Part shown: piece by piece, positions 1-12,574 of the stretch
Position numbering within the stretch: position 1 is the stretch's first letter
How the letters are laid out: each line of letters opens with the position of its first letter
DNA from: Eledone cirrhosa
Lineage: Eukaryota
DNA length: 64,000 nt
Direction of reading: 5' to 3'
NCBI GenBank assembly: GCA_964016885.1
Contig: OZ024742.1
Location: 106,578,001 to 106,642,000, forward strand
Notes under the pieces: model-generated
Told to the model about the DNA's origin: nothing
The model's database searches: none
The model's input: only the letters and a program-made list of their open reading frames with translations
Position numbers and translations under genes: made by a program

Positions 1-170
1 TTGCCAAAATTTTGGACTCTGCATTTAGCAGAGTTATGGGCCTAAAATGATTTATACTGCCCCCCCCCCCCCCCCCCCCACCCTGTTCTGATCTTTACTC
101 AGCAGTGCCACAACTCCACGGCTCACAGAACTGGAAATACTCCCGTGAAAGAGACGATAATGTCAATAAA

Positions 171-365
171 GATGATGACGATAATGATGATGATGATGAT
201 ACATCATCATTATCATCATTATCATCATCATCATCATCATCATTATTGTCGTCATTATTGTCATCGGCGTCAGCATCATTGTTATCATCATCATATTCAT
301 CCTCATCATCATTTTCGTCGCCACCATCATCAGCATCATCATCGTCATCAACATATTCACAATAA
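171..365. repeat. (GAT)n/(TCA)n degenerate trinucleotide microsatellite
   Basis: Runs of gatgat then tcatca, which explain the poly-D/S/H ORFs. Confidence 0.9.
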
Positions 366-514
366 TAAAGATGGAAATCATGTCTGAGAGAGAGGAAGAA
401 AAAGAGAGAAGAGAGTGTGGGGGGGAGGGAGAGAAAGGAGCCACGTGACCAAAATTCTATGAAAGAGGCACAAATATCTGGGATTCGTATTACACTAAAT
501 TGTTCGAAAGATAA

Positions 515-601
515 TGGTGGTGGTGGTGGTGGTGGTGGTGGTGGTGGTGGTGGTGGTGGTGGTGGTGGTGGTGGTGGTGGTGGTGGTGGTGGTGGTGGTG
601 G

Positions 602-632
<31 letters not shown>

Positions 633-1051
633 GGTGGTGGTGGTGGTGGTGGTGGTGGTGGTGGTGGTGGTGGTGGTGGTGGTGGTGGTGGTGGTGGTGG
701 TGGTAGTGGTGGTGGTGGTGGTGGTGGTGGTGGTGGTGGTGGTGGTGGTGGTGGTGGTGGTGGTGGTGGTGGTGGTGGTGGTGGTGGTGGTGGTGGTGGT
801 GGTGGTGGTGGTGGTGGTGGTGGTGGTGGTGGTGGTGGTGGTGGTGGTGGTGGTGGTGGTGGTGGTGGTGGTGGTGGTGGTGGTGGTGGTGGTGGTGGTG
901 GTGGTGGTGGTGGTGGTGGTGGTGGTGGTGGTGGTGGTGGTGGTGGTGGTGGTGGTGGTGGTGGTGGTGGTGGTGGTGGTGGTGGTGGTGGTGGTGGTGG
1001 TGGTGGTGGTGGTGGTGGTAGTGGTGGTGGTGGTGGTGGTGGTGGTGGTGG

Positions 1052-1082
<31 letters not shown>

Positions 1083-1123
1083 GGTGGTGGTGGTGGTGGT
1101 GGTGGTGGTGGTGGTGGTGGTGG

Positions 1124-1154
<31 letters not shown>

Positions 1155-1796
1155 GGTGGTGGTGGTGGTGGTGGTGGTGGTGGTGGTGGTGGTAGTGGTA
1201 GTGGTGGTGGTGGTGGTGGTGGTGGTTGTGGTGGTGGTGGTGTTGGTGGTGCTGGTGGTGGTGGTGGTGGTGGTGGTGGTGGTGGTGGTGGTGGTGGTAG
1301 TGGTAGTGGTGGTGGTGGTGGTGGTGGTGGTGGTGGTGGTGGTGGTGGTGGTGTAGTGGTGGTGGTGGTGGTGGTGGTGGTGGTGGTGGTGGTGGTGGTG
1401 GTGGTGGTGGTGGTGGTGGTGGTGGTGGTAGGTGGTGGTGGTGGTGGTGGTGGTGGTGGTGGTGGTGGTGGTGGTGGTGGTGGTGGTGGTGGTGGTGGTG
1501 GTGGTGGTGGTGGTGGTGGTGGTGGTGGTAGTGGTGGTGGTGGTGGTGGTGGTGGTGGTGGTGGTGGTGGTGGTGGTGGTGGTGGTGGTGGTGGTGGTGG
1601 TGGTGGCTGGTGGTGGTGGTGGTGGTGGTGGTGATGGTGGTGGTGGTGGTGGTGGTGGTGGTGGTGGTGGTGGTGGTGGTGGTGGTGGTGGTGGTGGTGG
1701 TGGTGGTGGTGGTGGTGGTGGTGGTGGTGGTGGTGGTGGTGGTGTTGGTGGTGCTGGTGGTGGTGGTGGTGGTGGTGGTGGTGGTGGTGGTGGTGG

Positions 1797-1827
<31 letters not shown>

Positions 1828-1856
1828 GGTGGTGGTGGTGGTGGTGGTGATGGTGG

Positions 1857-1887
<31 letters not shown>

Positions 1888-2299
1888 GGTGGTGGTGGTG
1901 GTGATGGTGGTGGTGGTGGTGGTGTTGGTGGTGCTGGTGGTGGTGGTGGTGGTGGTGGTGGTGGTGGTGGTGGTGGTAGTGGTAGTGGTGGTGGTGGTGG
2001 TGGTGGTGGTGGTGGTGGTGGTGGTGGTGGTGGTAGTGGTGGTGGTGGTGGTGGTGGTGGTGGTGGTGGTGGTGGTGGTGGTGGTGGTGGTGGTGGTGGT
2101 GGTAGTGGTGGTGGTGGTGGTGGTGGTGCTGGTGGTAGTGGTGGTGGTGGTGGTGGTGGTGGTGGTGGTGTTGGTGGTGCTGGTGGTGGTGGTGGTGGCG
2201 GTGGTGGTGGTGGTGGTGGTGTTGGTGGTGCTGGTGGTGGTGGTGGTAGTGGTGGTGGTGGTGGTGGTGGTGGTGGTGGTAGTGGTGGTGTGGTGGTGG

Positions 2300-2330
<31 letters not shown>

Positions 2331-2449
2331 GGTGCTGGTGGTGGTGGTGGTGGTGGTGTTGGTGGTGCTGGTGGTGGTGGTGGTAGTGGTGGTGGTGGTG
2401 GTGGTGGTGCTGGTGGTAGTGGTGGTGGTGGTGGTGGTGGTGGTGGTGG

Positions 2450-2480
<31 letters not shown>

Positions 2481-2521
2481 GGTGGTGGTGGTAGTGGTGG
2501 TGGTGGTGGTGGTGGTGGTGG

Positions 2522-2552
<31 letters not shown>

Positions 2553-2587
2553 GGTGCTGGTGGTAGTGGTGGTGGTGGTGGTGGTGG

Positions 2588-2618
<31 letters not shown>

Positions 2619-3508
2619 GGTGGTGGTGGTGGTGTTGGTGGTGCTGGTGGTGGTGGTGGTAGTGGTGGTGGTGGTGGTGGTGGTGCTGGTGGTAGTGGTG
2701 GTGGTGGTGGTGGTGGTGGTGGTGGTGGTGGTGGTGGTGGTGGTGGTGGTGGTGGTGGTAGTGGTGGTGGTGGTGGTGGTGGTGGTGCTGATGGTGGTGG
2801 TGGTGGTGCTGGTGGTGCTGGTGGTGGTGGTGGCGTTGGTGGTGCTGGTGGTGGTGGTGGTGCTGGTGCTGGTGGTGGTGGTCGTGGTGGTGGTGGTGGG
2901 GGTGGTGGTGGTGGTGGTGGTGGTGGTGGTGGTGGTGGTGGTGGTGGTGGTGGTGGTGGTGGTGGTGGTGGTGCTGATGGTGGTGGTGGTGGTGGTGGTG
3001 CTGGTGGTGCTGGTGGTGGTGGTGGCGTTGGTGGTGCTGGTGGTGGTGGTGGTGCTGGTGCTGGTGGTGGTGGTCGTGGTGGTGGTGGTGGGGGTGGTGG
3101 TGGTGGTGGTGGTGGTGGTGGTGGTGGTGGTGGTGGTGGTGGTGGTGGTGGTGGCGTTGGTGGTGCTGGTGGTGCTGGTGGTGCTGGTGCTGGTGGTGGT
3201 GGTCGTGGTGGTGGTGGTGCTGGTGGTGCTGGTGGTGGTGGTGGCGTTGGTGGTGCTGGTGGTGGTGGTGGTGCTGGTGCTGGTGGTGGTGGTCGTGGTG
3301 GTGGTGGTGGTGGTGGTGGTGGTGGTGGTGGTGGTGGTGGTGGTGGTGGTGGTGGTGGTGGTGGTGGTGGTGGTGGTGGCGTTGGTGGTGCTGGTGGTGG
3401 TGGTGGTGTTGGTGCTGGTCGTGGTGGTGGTGCTGGTGGTGGTGGTGGCGTTGGTGATGCTGGTGGTGGTGGTGGTGGTGGCGTTGGTGGTGCTGGTGGT
3501 GGTGGTGG

Positions 3509-3539
<31 letters not shown>

Positions 3540-3690
3540 GCTGGTGCTGGTGGTGCTGGTGCTGGTGCTGGTGGCGGTGGTGGTTGTGGTGCTGGTGGTG
3601 CTGGTGGCGGTGGTGGTTGTGGTGCTGGTGGTGCTGGTGGTGATGGCAGTGGTGGTGGCGGTGGTGCTGGTGGCGGTGGTGGTGGTGGTA
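515..3690. repeat. 3.2-kb (GGT)n array with variant triplets
   Basis: Nearly pure GGT on the left, increasing GCT/GTT/GCG/CGT/GAT variants to the right, and a few phase shifts. Confidence 0.97.
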
Positions 3691-3741
3691 GGGTTTGTAT
3701 GTATGTGCGTGAGAGTGTGTGTGTGTGCACATACATGAAGG

Positions 3742-3743
<2 letters not shown>

Positions 3744-3822
<79 letters not shown>

Positions 3823-3885
3823 GCGTGTGTGTAAATGATACGTATATAATAAAGAAACACACACACACACACATATATATATATA

Positions 3886-3976
<91 letters not shown>

Positions 3977-4387
3977 CCATATATATATATATACATATAC
4001 ATATATATGTGTGTGAGTGTGTATGTAGGTATATTATATATCCATATATGTGTCTATATGTACTTGCGTCTTTGCGTACAGACAAATATGCATACAAGAA
4101 TGATGCGCCTATGCATTTATATATATATATACACTCATATATATATATATATATGTGTGTGTGCTTGTGTGCGTGTGTGCGTGTGTGCGTGTGAATGTGT
4201 GTTTGTGCCTCTATGTGTGTATATATATTCGTATATATACATACATACATACATCCATAGATACATACATGCATACATACATACATACATACATACATAC
4301 ATACATACATACATACATACATACATACATACATACATACATACATACATACATACATACATACATACATACATACATACATACATA
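3744..4387. repeat. Compound (TA)n/(CA)n/(TACA)n microsatellites
   Basis: Directly visible. Confidence 0.95.
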
Positions 4388-4809
4388 CCCGTTTTCTAAT
4401 TAAATCTTCTTGATCAAAGGATATAGCTTTAAAGACATTTCACTCATATCTTTAATAATTCTATTACTTATGCTCTCTTGTGTGTATTAGTTTCTGTTTT
4501 ATTTTATATGTCTGTTTTGTTAGGAAGGGGCGGTTGTTACATACCATAAGCCAGTTTCATTCACTGTCTACGACTCTACATCTTGAATTGTCCAAAGTTT
4601 TATCAAGTCTTTCTAACCACTCAGAAAATTCCACTGCTCTGCATATTTGAAGAAAGTTACATCAGTTTCGAATGTTGGATTCTTTTTACCCCCGTTCTTT
4701 CATATGTTTATCTATCTGTCTATCTATATATCTATTTATCTATCTATTACTCTCACTTGTTCATTCTGCACACAGACGCGCAAACGTACACACACAAACA
4801 CACACACAA

Positions 4810-4882
<73 letters not shown>

Positions 4883-5060
4883 TATATATATATATATATA
4901 TAATAACGAAGATTGCTGGTATAAATGCAGCGTCTAGCTCACTCAATGAATCTGGAGAATTGCAGTATTGCAGCTGCAATCAAATCTTCAGAGTGCGCAC
5001 ATTTTGTTTACTGTAGACATTGGCTGTGTTTAGTTAGAGATAGATGTAGATATCTCATTT

Positions 5061-5183
5061 CCTGGACGATCGTTTCTGTGTAATATAACTTTACAAATGC
5101 ATATATTACTTCTGCAGTGTTCAGAAAATCACGTAAAATCACCGGATATTTTCTTAATCGGGCTATTACGCGTCTTCAGCAGA
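5061..5183 (-). ncRNA. Type I hammerhead ribozyme with long stem II insert
   Basis: Minus strand reads tctg-CTGAAGA-c-gcgtaata...tattacac-a-GAAAC-gatc-GTC-cagg. Stem III acgatcgt is palindromic and the core is canonical. Confidence 0.8.
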
Positions 5184-5522
5184 CTGCCCAAATCATACGA
5201 TAGTTCTTGGCAGTGTGAGCTAGCCTTCACTACTGGATAAGCTATCTTTCAGTTCACGGCAATCCTTCACTCCGCTGCTAAAGAGGAAGAATCTCTCGCA
5301 GACGATAGCATGTGGTTTTGATAGTTGAATTCAAACAAAGGAATTCGCGCGAAAACGAAGCACTTAACCGGCTTCTAGTATATGTGCATACATACATAAC
5401 GAGGTTTATGCATATATACACATATACAAGCAAATAAAATCTGATTTGTGATACAAAGTAGAACATTCAATACTCAAAATTTAATTTTAGGAAATATAAA
5501 CAAGAAATATTGAAAAGTATAA

Positions 5523-5595
<73 letters not shown>

Positions 5596-5662
5596 AAGGT
5601 TTAGTAAATAATGAAAAAGTTTCAAAATAAATTTTAAAAAATTGACTTTACCTCCTATAGTT

Positions 5663-5746
5663 ACCTTTACCGATCGGTTTCGAATCCCAAAAATAAAACG
5701 GAGACCATACGGCCTTCGTTGCAAAGAGAGATTCTCGTCACAAGGT
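5663..5746 (-). ncRNA. Type I hammerhead ribozyme, C3 mutated
   Basis: Minus strand reads acctt-gTGACGA-gaatctc...gggattc-GAAAC-cgatcg-GTA-aaggt. Stem III accgatcggt is palindromic. Confidence 0.75.
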
Positions 5747-6385
5747 TCTTTTCATTCAAAGAATATAAAATTCCTGAATTTAAATCACAAACTAGCGCTA
5801 TCAAAAACTGTTCCTGGGATGAGAGTGGATGATGTAGAACAGGTTTATCAAGGGCCGTAGCAAAGATAGAGGCAAAAGGAGGTAGGTCAAACTAGCCACA
5901 GCTATTACTAGCAGCAGACGGAACGACCAGGTTTGTTCTCAACGTTAGTGGAGGTAGTAGTAATATGAAATACGTTCCTTCGCGCACATTAACCCGCCAT
6001 TGAACCACACTGGCATTTGGTTGGACAATACATGCGTACCCTGGCGCCTTGTGCGCGAAGGAGCGTATTTCATATATATATATATATATATATCGATCGA
6101 TCATGAAATCCACCCAGCTTATGCTGACCGGACAACCATGTTGCTTGTTTATTTTCCTATCTTTGGTTTGCTTTTATCCTTCTATGTTGTTTACTTGTCC
6201 CCCTCGCTTTACGCGATTTACTGGTCCCAATAACTTTTTTTAATTATTGCTCGCACCAACCTGAGGTATATGATTTTTAATGCGATGAAATATCAATGAT
6301 GGTTGGCAAATCACTGACGAAGGACTAATTTTATCGTATGTAACCCATGTGCAACCACGCAGTATTCTTCTTTCTTCTCATGTTT

Positions 6386-6444
<59 letters not shown>

Positions 6445-6453
6445 CTAAATTTC

Positions 6454-6526
<73 letters not shown>

Positions 6527-6534
<8 letters not shown>

Positions 6535-6744
6535 TGAGTTAGAAATTGAAGCCTCCGCATTTTGGCTAAAGAAAATTAGCCTGATCGTGGGGTTTAAAAT
6601 GCTATAAATGGAAAAGGGAGAGTTTTGACGTACATGGTGGTAATACTCATCCTTTTCCATTTAAAGGGTTTTAAATCCCACTATCAGGCTGGTTTTCTTT
6701 AGTCTAAATACGGCGAAAGGTTCTATTTCTAGCTCAATTTCATA
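6527..6744. repeat. Imperfect fold-back with ~100-bp arms next to (TA)n
   Basis: tatgaaattgagttagaaat... pairs with ...atttctagctcaatttcata. A related single arm lies at 18195-18347. Confidence 0.8.
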
Positions 6745-6957
6745 CTTCGCTCGCCGTCTTCAAAACAACACACTTGATATATATACGCTTGATATATATA
6801 ATATATATGGCGGTAATATACTTCCTCATTTTTGAATCAGTTTGAGTATTTCTTTAGAACTGCTGGAGTAGCAACTTAACAGATACCTCGGGCACTGATG
6901 GTGATTATCGCTAAATACTGATATTGGTTAGATTATCAATATTAGTATTATTGGGCA

Positions 6958-7083
6958 CCCACTGATGAATTATAAGAGCCCACTTGAATATTATCTGTTG
7001 ATCCTATACAAGCTCCTACATAAATTGGTATAATTTCACCCAAATTGTAGGAATCTTATAATGAAACGAGACGTCCGTCTGGG
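6958..7083 (+). ncRNA. Type I hammerhead ribozyme, canonical core, extended stem II
   Basis: ccca-CTGATGA-attataaga...tcttataat-GAAAC-gagacgtcc-GTC-tggg. Stem II has a perfect 9-bp base and stem III is near-palindromic. Confidence 0.88.
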
Positions 7084-7114
7084 AAGAGATATATTCGATA
7101 AGTCTCATATGAAA

Positions 7115-7305
7115 TAATTGTTTCTATTTTTGGCACAAGGCCAGCAATTACCCAGTACATTACTGGTACTTTATTTTATCGACCCCGTAAGGATGAAAGG
7201 CAAAGTTAACCTCGACGGGATTTGAACTCAGATCGTAAAGAGACGTAACTATGCTGGAAAGCATGGCGTCCGACTCTCTACCGATACTGCCAATCCACCG
7301 CCCTT
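7115..7305 (-). mobile_element. tRNA-derived SINE (Nin-domain-like family)
   Basis: Minus strand has A box tggcagtatcgg, B box gagttcaaatcc and core gcctttcatccttacggggtcgataaaataaagtaccag. Multiple copies occur in the window. Confidence 0.88.
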
Positions 7306-7307
7306 CT

Positions 7308-9094
7308 AAATATTGCCAATCCAATCCATCCTTCTAAATGACGCCCTTATATTAGCTATGCAAAATAGCGACCTGACTAGATCCCAAATTGACATCATCC
7401 TTGCTGCCCGGAGAACTATCATCCTCTTCGAAGACCAACTTTGGACCCGGAAGAACACGCCGAATAACTTTGATGTCACAATGGAGTCCAGCGACTCGGC
7501 GCAGGTCACTGACTTGGTTCGACTTCACCTCCTCCCTGAACTGCATAAAACATTCCCGCATTTCAAAGGCGGGCTATATCGTGACGACGCCCTGTTCACT
7601 ATTGAATATAAAAAAACATAATATAGAAAGGACGAGAAAAGAACTACATAAATTCTTCAAAAGCTTTAACCTTAGCATAACGATAGACATAAATAATAAA
7701 ACGGTTAACTTTCTAAACGTAACCCTGGACTTGGAAAATAAATACTTCTCACCCTATCACAAGCCAGATGAAACACTAACATACGTGAATGCAAATTCCA
7801 ACCACCCTAGACCCGTCCTAAATGCAATAATTAAAGGGGTATCTAACAGGATTAGCAGACTATCACATAATGAGCATGCATTTAGGTCTAATGCGAGGTA
7901 CTATAATAAAGCACTAGCAAAGTCCGGTTTTAGAGAAAAATATACTACATATATAACAACGCCCAAACCACCAGGGCCGGACAATATAATGTAATCACAC
8001 ACAATATGGCTTTGCCTAATAGAAGCGGACACAAAAATAGGAACTACACGGGTACTGTAGGCGGCTCTGACCAACCGCAAGGGACTCCATTTAACACGCC
8101 TCATCGGTATGGCAATAATACTAACACTAGGATAAAAGCTAGAAAATTGAAGTGCAATGGGAAAGACAGGGAAGCCTGTGAACCCCTCCGGGTAAGGTTA
8201 CCACCCCAGGTTCTCTCTACCATGGAAGATGGGTTGTCTATGCCCAGGGCCAACTCTTCCCCTAGTACGAAAAATAGGAAAAATAGACGAAGATCTAATT
8301 CCTACTTTAATCCACCTTACAACTCGGAGTCGGAGGTATCAACCAATATACCAAAGGCATTCTTCTCGATTTGGGAACCCCCCCCCCCCCCCCCGGTAGT
8401 AAATGCCATAGTATCATTAATAAAAACACAATTAAGCTATCATTCTCCACTACTCCAAATCTAGCTCGTCACCTAGCCATAACAAACAACAACAAAATTA
8501 GAAAGGGTTTCAATACCATTGCAGCTGCGGCACACCCGCAACCACTAGATGGACCTGATGCGGCGTCACCCAGCAATACTATCCACACATCTGATGTACG
8601 GTTGCCAAATCTGGAACGCACGGAAAACCAAACATCTCCTGTGCCGCAGACTCACATACACCGCAAATGTAACTGCAGACGAAAGGCGGAGTGCACCCTA
8701 AAGGGACATTGCCTTATAAACAATATTGTCTACGCATGTGATGTTACAACTCGGACCTCCTCCAAAACATATATAGGGTCAACATCGACCCCCTTTAAGA
8801 CTAGATACAACTCCCATCACTATACATTTAGTCATGATAGACTTAAGAATACTACATCCCTAGCTAGTTACATATCCCTCCTGAAGAACACTGATATTCA
8901 ATATCCGCTTGATTGGAGAATCATCACTAAATCATCGCAGTACACTCCCTAACAAGACCTGTGACCTTTGTCTCTCTGAATCACACGCCACAATACACTC
9001 CAAACTGAACCTGCTAAATAGGAAGTCGGAGATATTCTCGTCTTGCCCGCACATAAATCTTAGCTCCTTCTATTATTTTAGACCAATTAGCTAA
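7308..9094 (+). mobile_element. Penelope-like retroelement remnant (RT, CxCx5Cx5C linker, GIY-YIG), 5'-truncated and frameshifted
   Basis: FDVTM..D.AQV.DLV; GGLYRDDAL; VNFLNVTLDL; YVNANSNHP; YFNPPY; CNCRRKAECTLKGHC; IVY...YIGST...FKTRY..H; CDLCLSE. A non-coding 3' region runs to about 11250. Confidence 0.93.
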
Positions 9095-9818
9095 CGCTGT
9101 AAGACCTGCATACATCCGTCCTGTCTGGCCTACGTAAAACCACGCCGCACTGCATCCTGGTTCCTTTGTGACTATAACTGCCCTTCGGGTGTATATAGAC
9201 TACTCTAATACCTCTTCTCTTCTCTCCCCCCTCCTCTCTTACTTTTCTTCCTCTCTTCCCTAGTTCATCTTATTGGACCACAAGCCAAGAACCCTGGGGT
9301 AGAACCTACTTAAGGCTTTTCACTATACCTAGCACAGTTTGACCCTATATAGGCACATACCCACACTAACCATGTTAGTATGGTTTATAAACACACCCAT
9401 TGTGCGCTAACTGATAGCACAGCACAATAGTCTGTCGAAAGCCCAGAAAACCCCACCGCAGCTATAAAGCGGGTGAATTGGGCACCCGGGGTCTAATTAA
9501 CCTTAACCCTAAAGTGTGTAATAGATCTAACCTAGTATAGTGAACTATGGTAGTAAATCGTGTGGGTTAGGCGCCGCTGAAGCGACTAGGCCCCAGGAGG
9601 AAGGGGTGGTTGATCGCAGAGGGCTTCGAATCAAACAAAAGACTCGCCCCTAGCATCCCGTTGGATATCTAATGAATCCGCCCTTTATGACGCGAATTGC
9701 CTCCCATACCTTTCATAGGTACACTACGACTTCCTGTGTTTATATTCGGACTACCGTTATGTGTTACTAGCGAGAGACTAATCTTTGAAAGTTGGAGTTA
9801 GTTGAATATGAATTGTGA

Positions 9819-9965
9819 TCCAGCTTTGATGAATTATAGAACCACACTCAAGGCAAAGTACAGCACTGGATATTGAACTCCCGCCGACCCAGGAGGGGTC
9901 ACAGCCGACTGTGAATGGATTGCAACCTCCGGTGTCAATAATCTAAACGAAAACCACGTGGCGGA
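9819..9965 (+). ncRNA. Degenerate hammerhead-like motif in the PLE 3' region
   Basis: tTGATGA-attataga...cGAAA-a-ccacgtgg (palindrome). Its start resembles the 6958 motif, but the cleavage triplet is damaged. Confidence 0.35.
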
Positions 9966-11102
9966 CATATAAATAACATAGCTATCATTGACAGGTTTGG
10001 CTGTGAGTTATCTCTTCTATATATATCTATATATTCTACAGAAATGTGCACTCACTATAATAAACCCGCCTATTATTATAACAATATATGCTCATTCTGC
10101 CATATGTGATTCTGGAAGCGGAGTTTCCTATATGCACTTTTTCTCTATATGTAACGGGATAGCCATCACGATTTGTATTTACTTTGGTATAGTTGTATGC
10201 GGTGTAATACATTGGTTGAACGCCAACTTGGACATACAGTGAATTTCACCTGGCACGTTGGATTGAGCGACCGAACCTGAGGATTTTGGGGAATGCCAGT
10301 TTCTGCGGACCTGGCGTGTTTTCAATTTCCTCACATCTGTGCCGGCTGTATATGTACTATACATTTCTTTAACTGGTCGTACTTTCTTTTATTTTTTATT
10401 TTAGATTTTAGGTGTATATCCCAGACCGCCTATGGTGATAAATCCCCTGGGTATAGGTTTTGGAAAAATAGTGTTATCTCACTTAAATTTCGAAACTGGA
10501 ACATATCGATGTGGTTCGTAGGGTGCGGATATGATCAGGAGAATCGACCTGTTACAAGGCGATATAATTGGAGTACACCATCCCTCATATGGACTATCAT
10601 ACATGTAAGGCTGCACCACTGCTAACCAACTATTCTTTTCATAGACTCATGATTGCAAATTTTATTGATCTGCCTTTACACCCTGTTTTTGCACTGCTTG
10701 TGCTTTGATGCATCTATGCTTTGCTTTGTCTTATATTTTGGGGAGTTTCCGGGCTTTTTGTTCCTTTAGTGTTTTGTATTTTTATATTTATCTCTTTTCT
10801 TATCCGTGTATTTTTGTACTTTTTTATTATTATTTTTTTAATTATTTTCTTATTGTTTCTGATCATGCTGAGTAATACCCTCACTCATCCCTTGCTACCC
10901 TCTCCCAACCTCTTTATCATCTATTGCACCATTTAAGTGATAAATGTTTGGTGTAATTTTTAAATTTTTAAGACATTTTATGACATTATGTGCATGTATT
11001 CTGTCTTTTTCCATATAGCGCTGGCCTCGGGACCCCCCTGCTGGTCCTTTAACCTTGTTCTGGTGACACAGCTCAATGGAACATGCAACTACTGATATAC
11101 TC

Positions 11103-11168
11103 TTGTTTATAGGCTCTGATGATTCCTGCCATGGTGTATGGATGAAACACTATTAGCTAATAAAACAA
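11103..11168 (+). ncRNA. Hammerhead motif at the PLE 3' end, followed by AATAAA
   Basis: ggct-CTGATGA-t-tcc...gga-t-GAAAC-act-att-agct; AATAAA at 11159-11164. Confidence 0.6.
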
Positions 11169-11339
11169 TGTATTTCTAAGCACTCTTTGGTTATTCCTAT
11201 AACTATAACGGCTCTGTAGTATACTAGTTATCCTACATTGAGCTAAAACCACACTGTCATACCAAGGGCAATATATCTCCATGTCTGGGCATATTGATAT
11301 ATTTGTCAACGAAACTATATATATATATATATTTATATA

Positions 11340-12080
<741 letters not shown>

Positions 12081-12311
12081 CTCGATACGTGTATCCTCCC
12101 ACCTCTCCTGTTTATTTTCCTTTTAATTTTGTTTATTTCTTTTATTTTCTTTGTCGTTTCCTTATTTATTCTGTCTTTTTCTTCTCTCTGAACAGATGAA
12201 GTGCAAACGCCCGATAGGTTGACCATTTAACTCTCTTTCTATTAAACATGAAACTAATACGACTATATGTTAATGCAGCCTCTTGTTTGTTCGTTTCTTG
12301 TATTCTTGATT

Positions 12312-12520
<209 letters not shown>

Positions 12521-12574
12521 ATACTTGGGGAGGGTCATATTTGCGTAATATTGCCAGAATTAATAATATATATA

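Noticed and set aside
626-3610. Many Chi-like GCTGGTGG octamers
   Set aside because: An inevitable product of GCT variants in a GGT array, and RecBCD is irrelevant in an animal genome.
95-4382. 1100-1300 aa poly-P/H/T/G/V ORFs
   Set aside because: They are stop-free translations of (GGT)n and (TA)n, open in most frames, with phase shifts and no unique domain.
6255-6306. Hammerhead-like ccaac-CTGAGGT...GAAA...gttgg
   Set aside because: Stem I pairs, but the core, stem II and cleavage triplet are all damaged; too weak to call.
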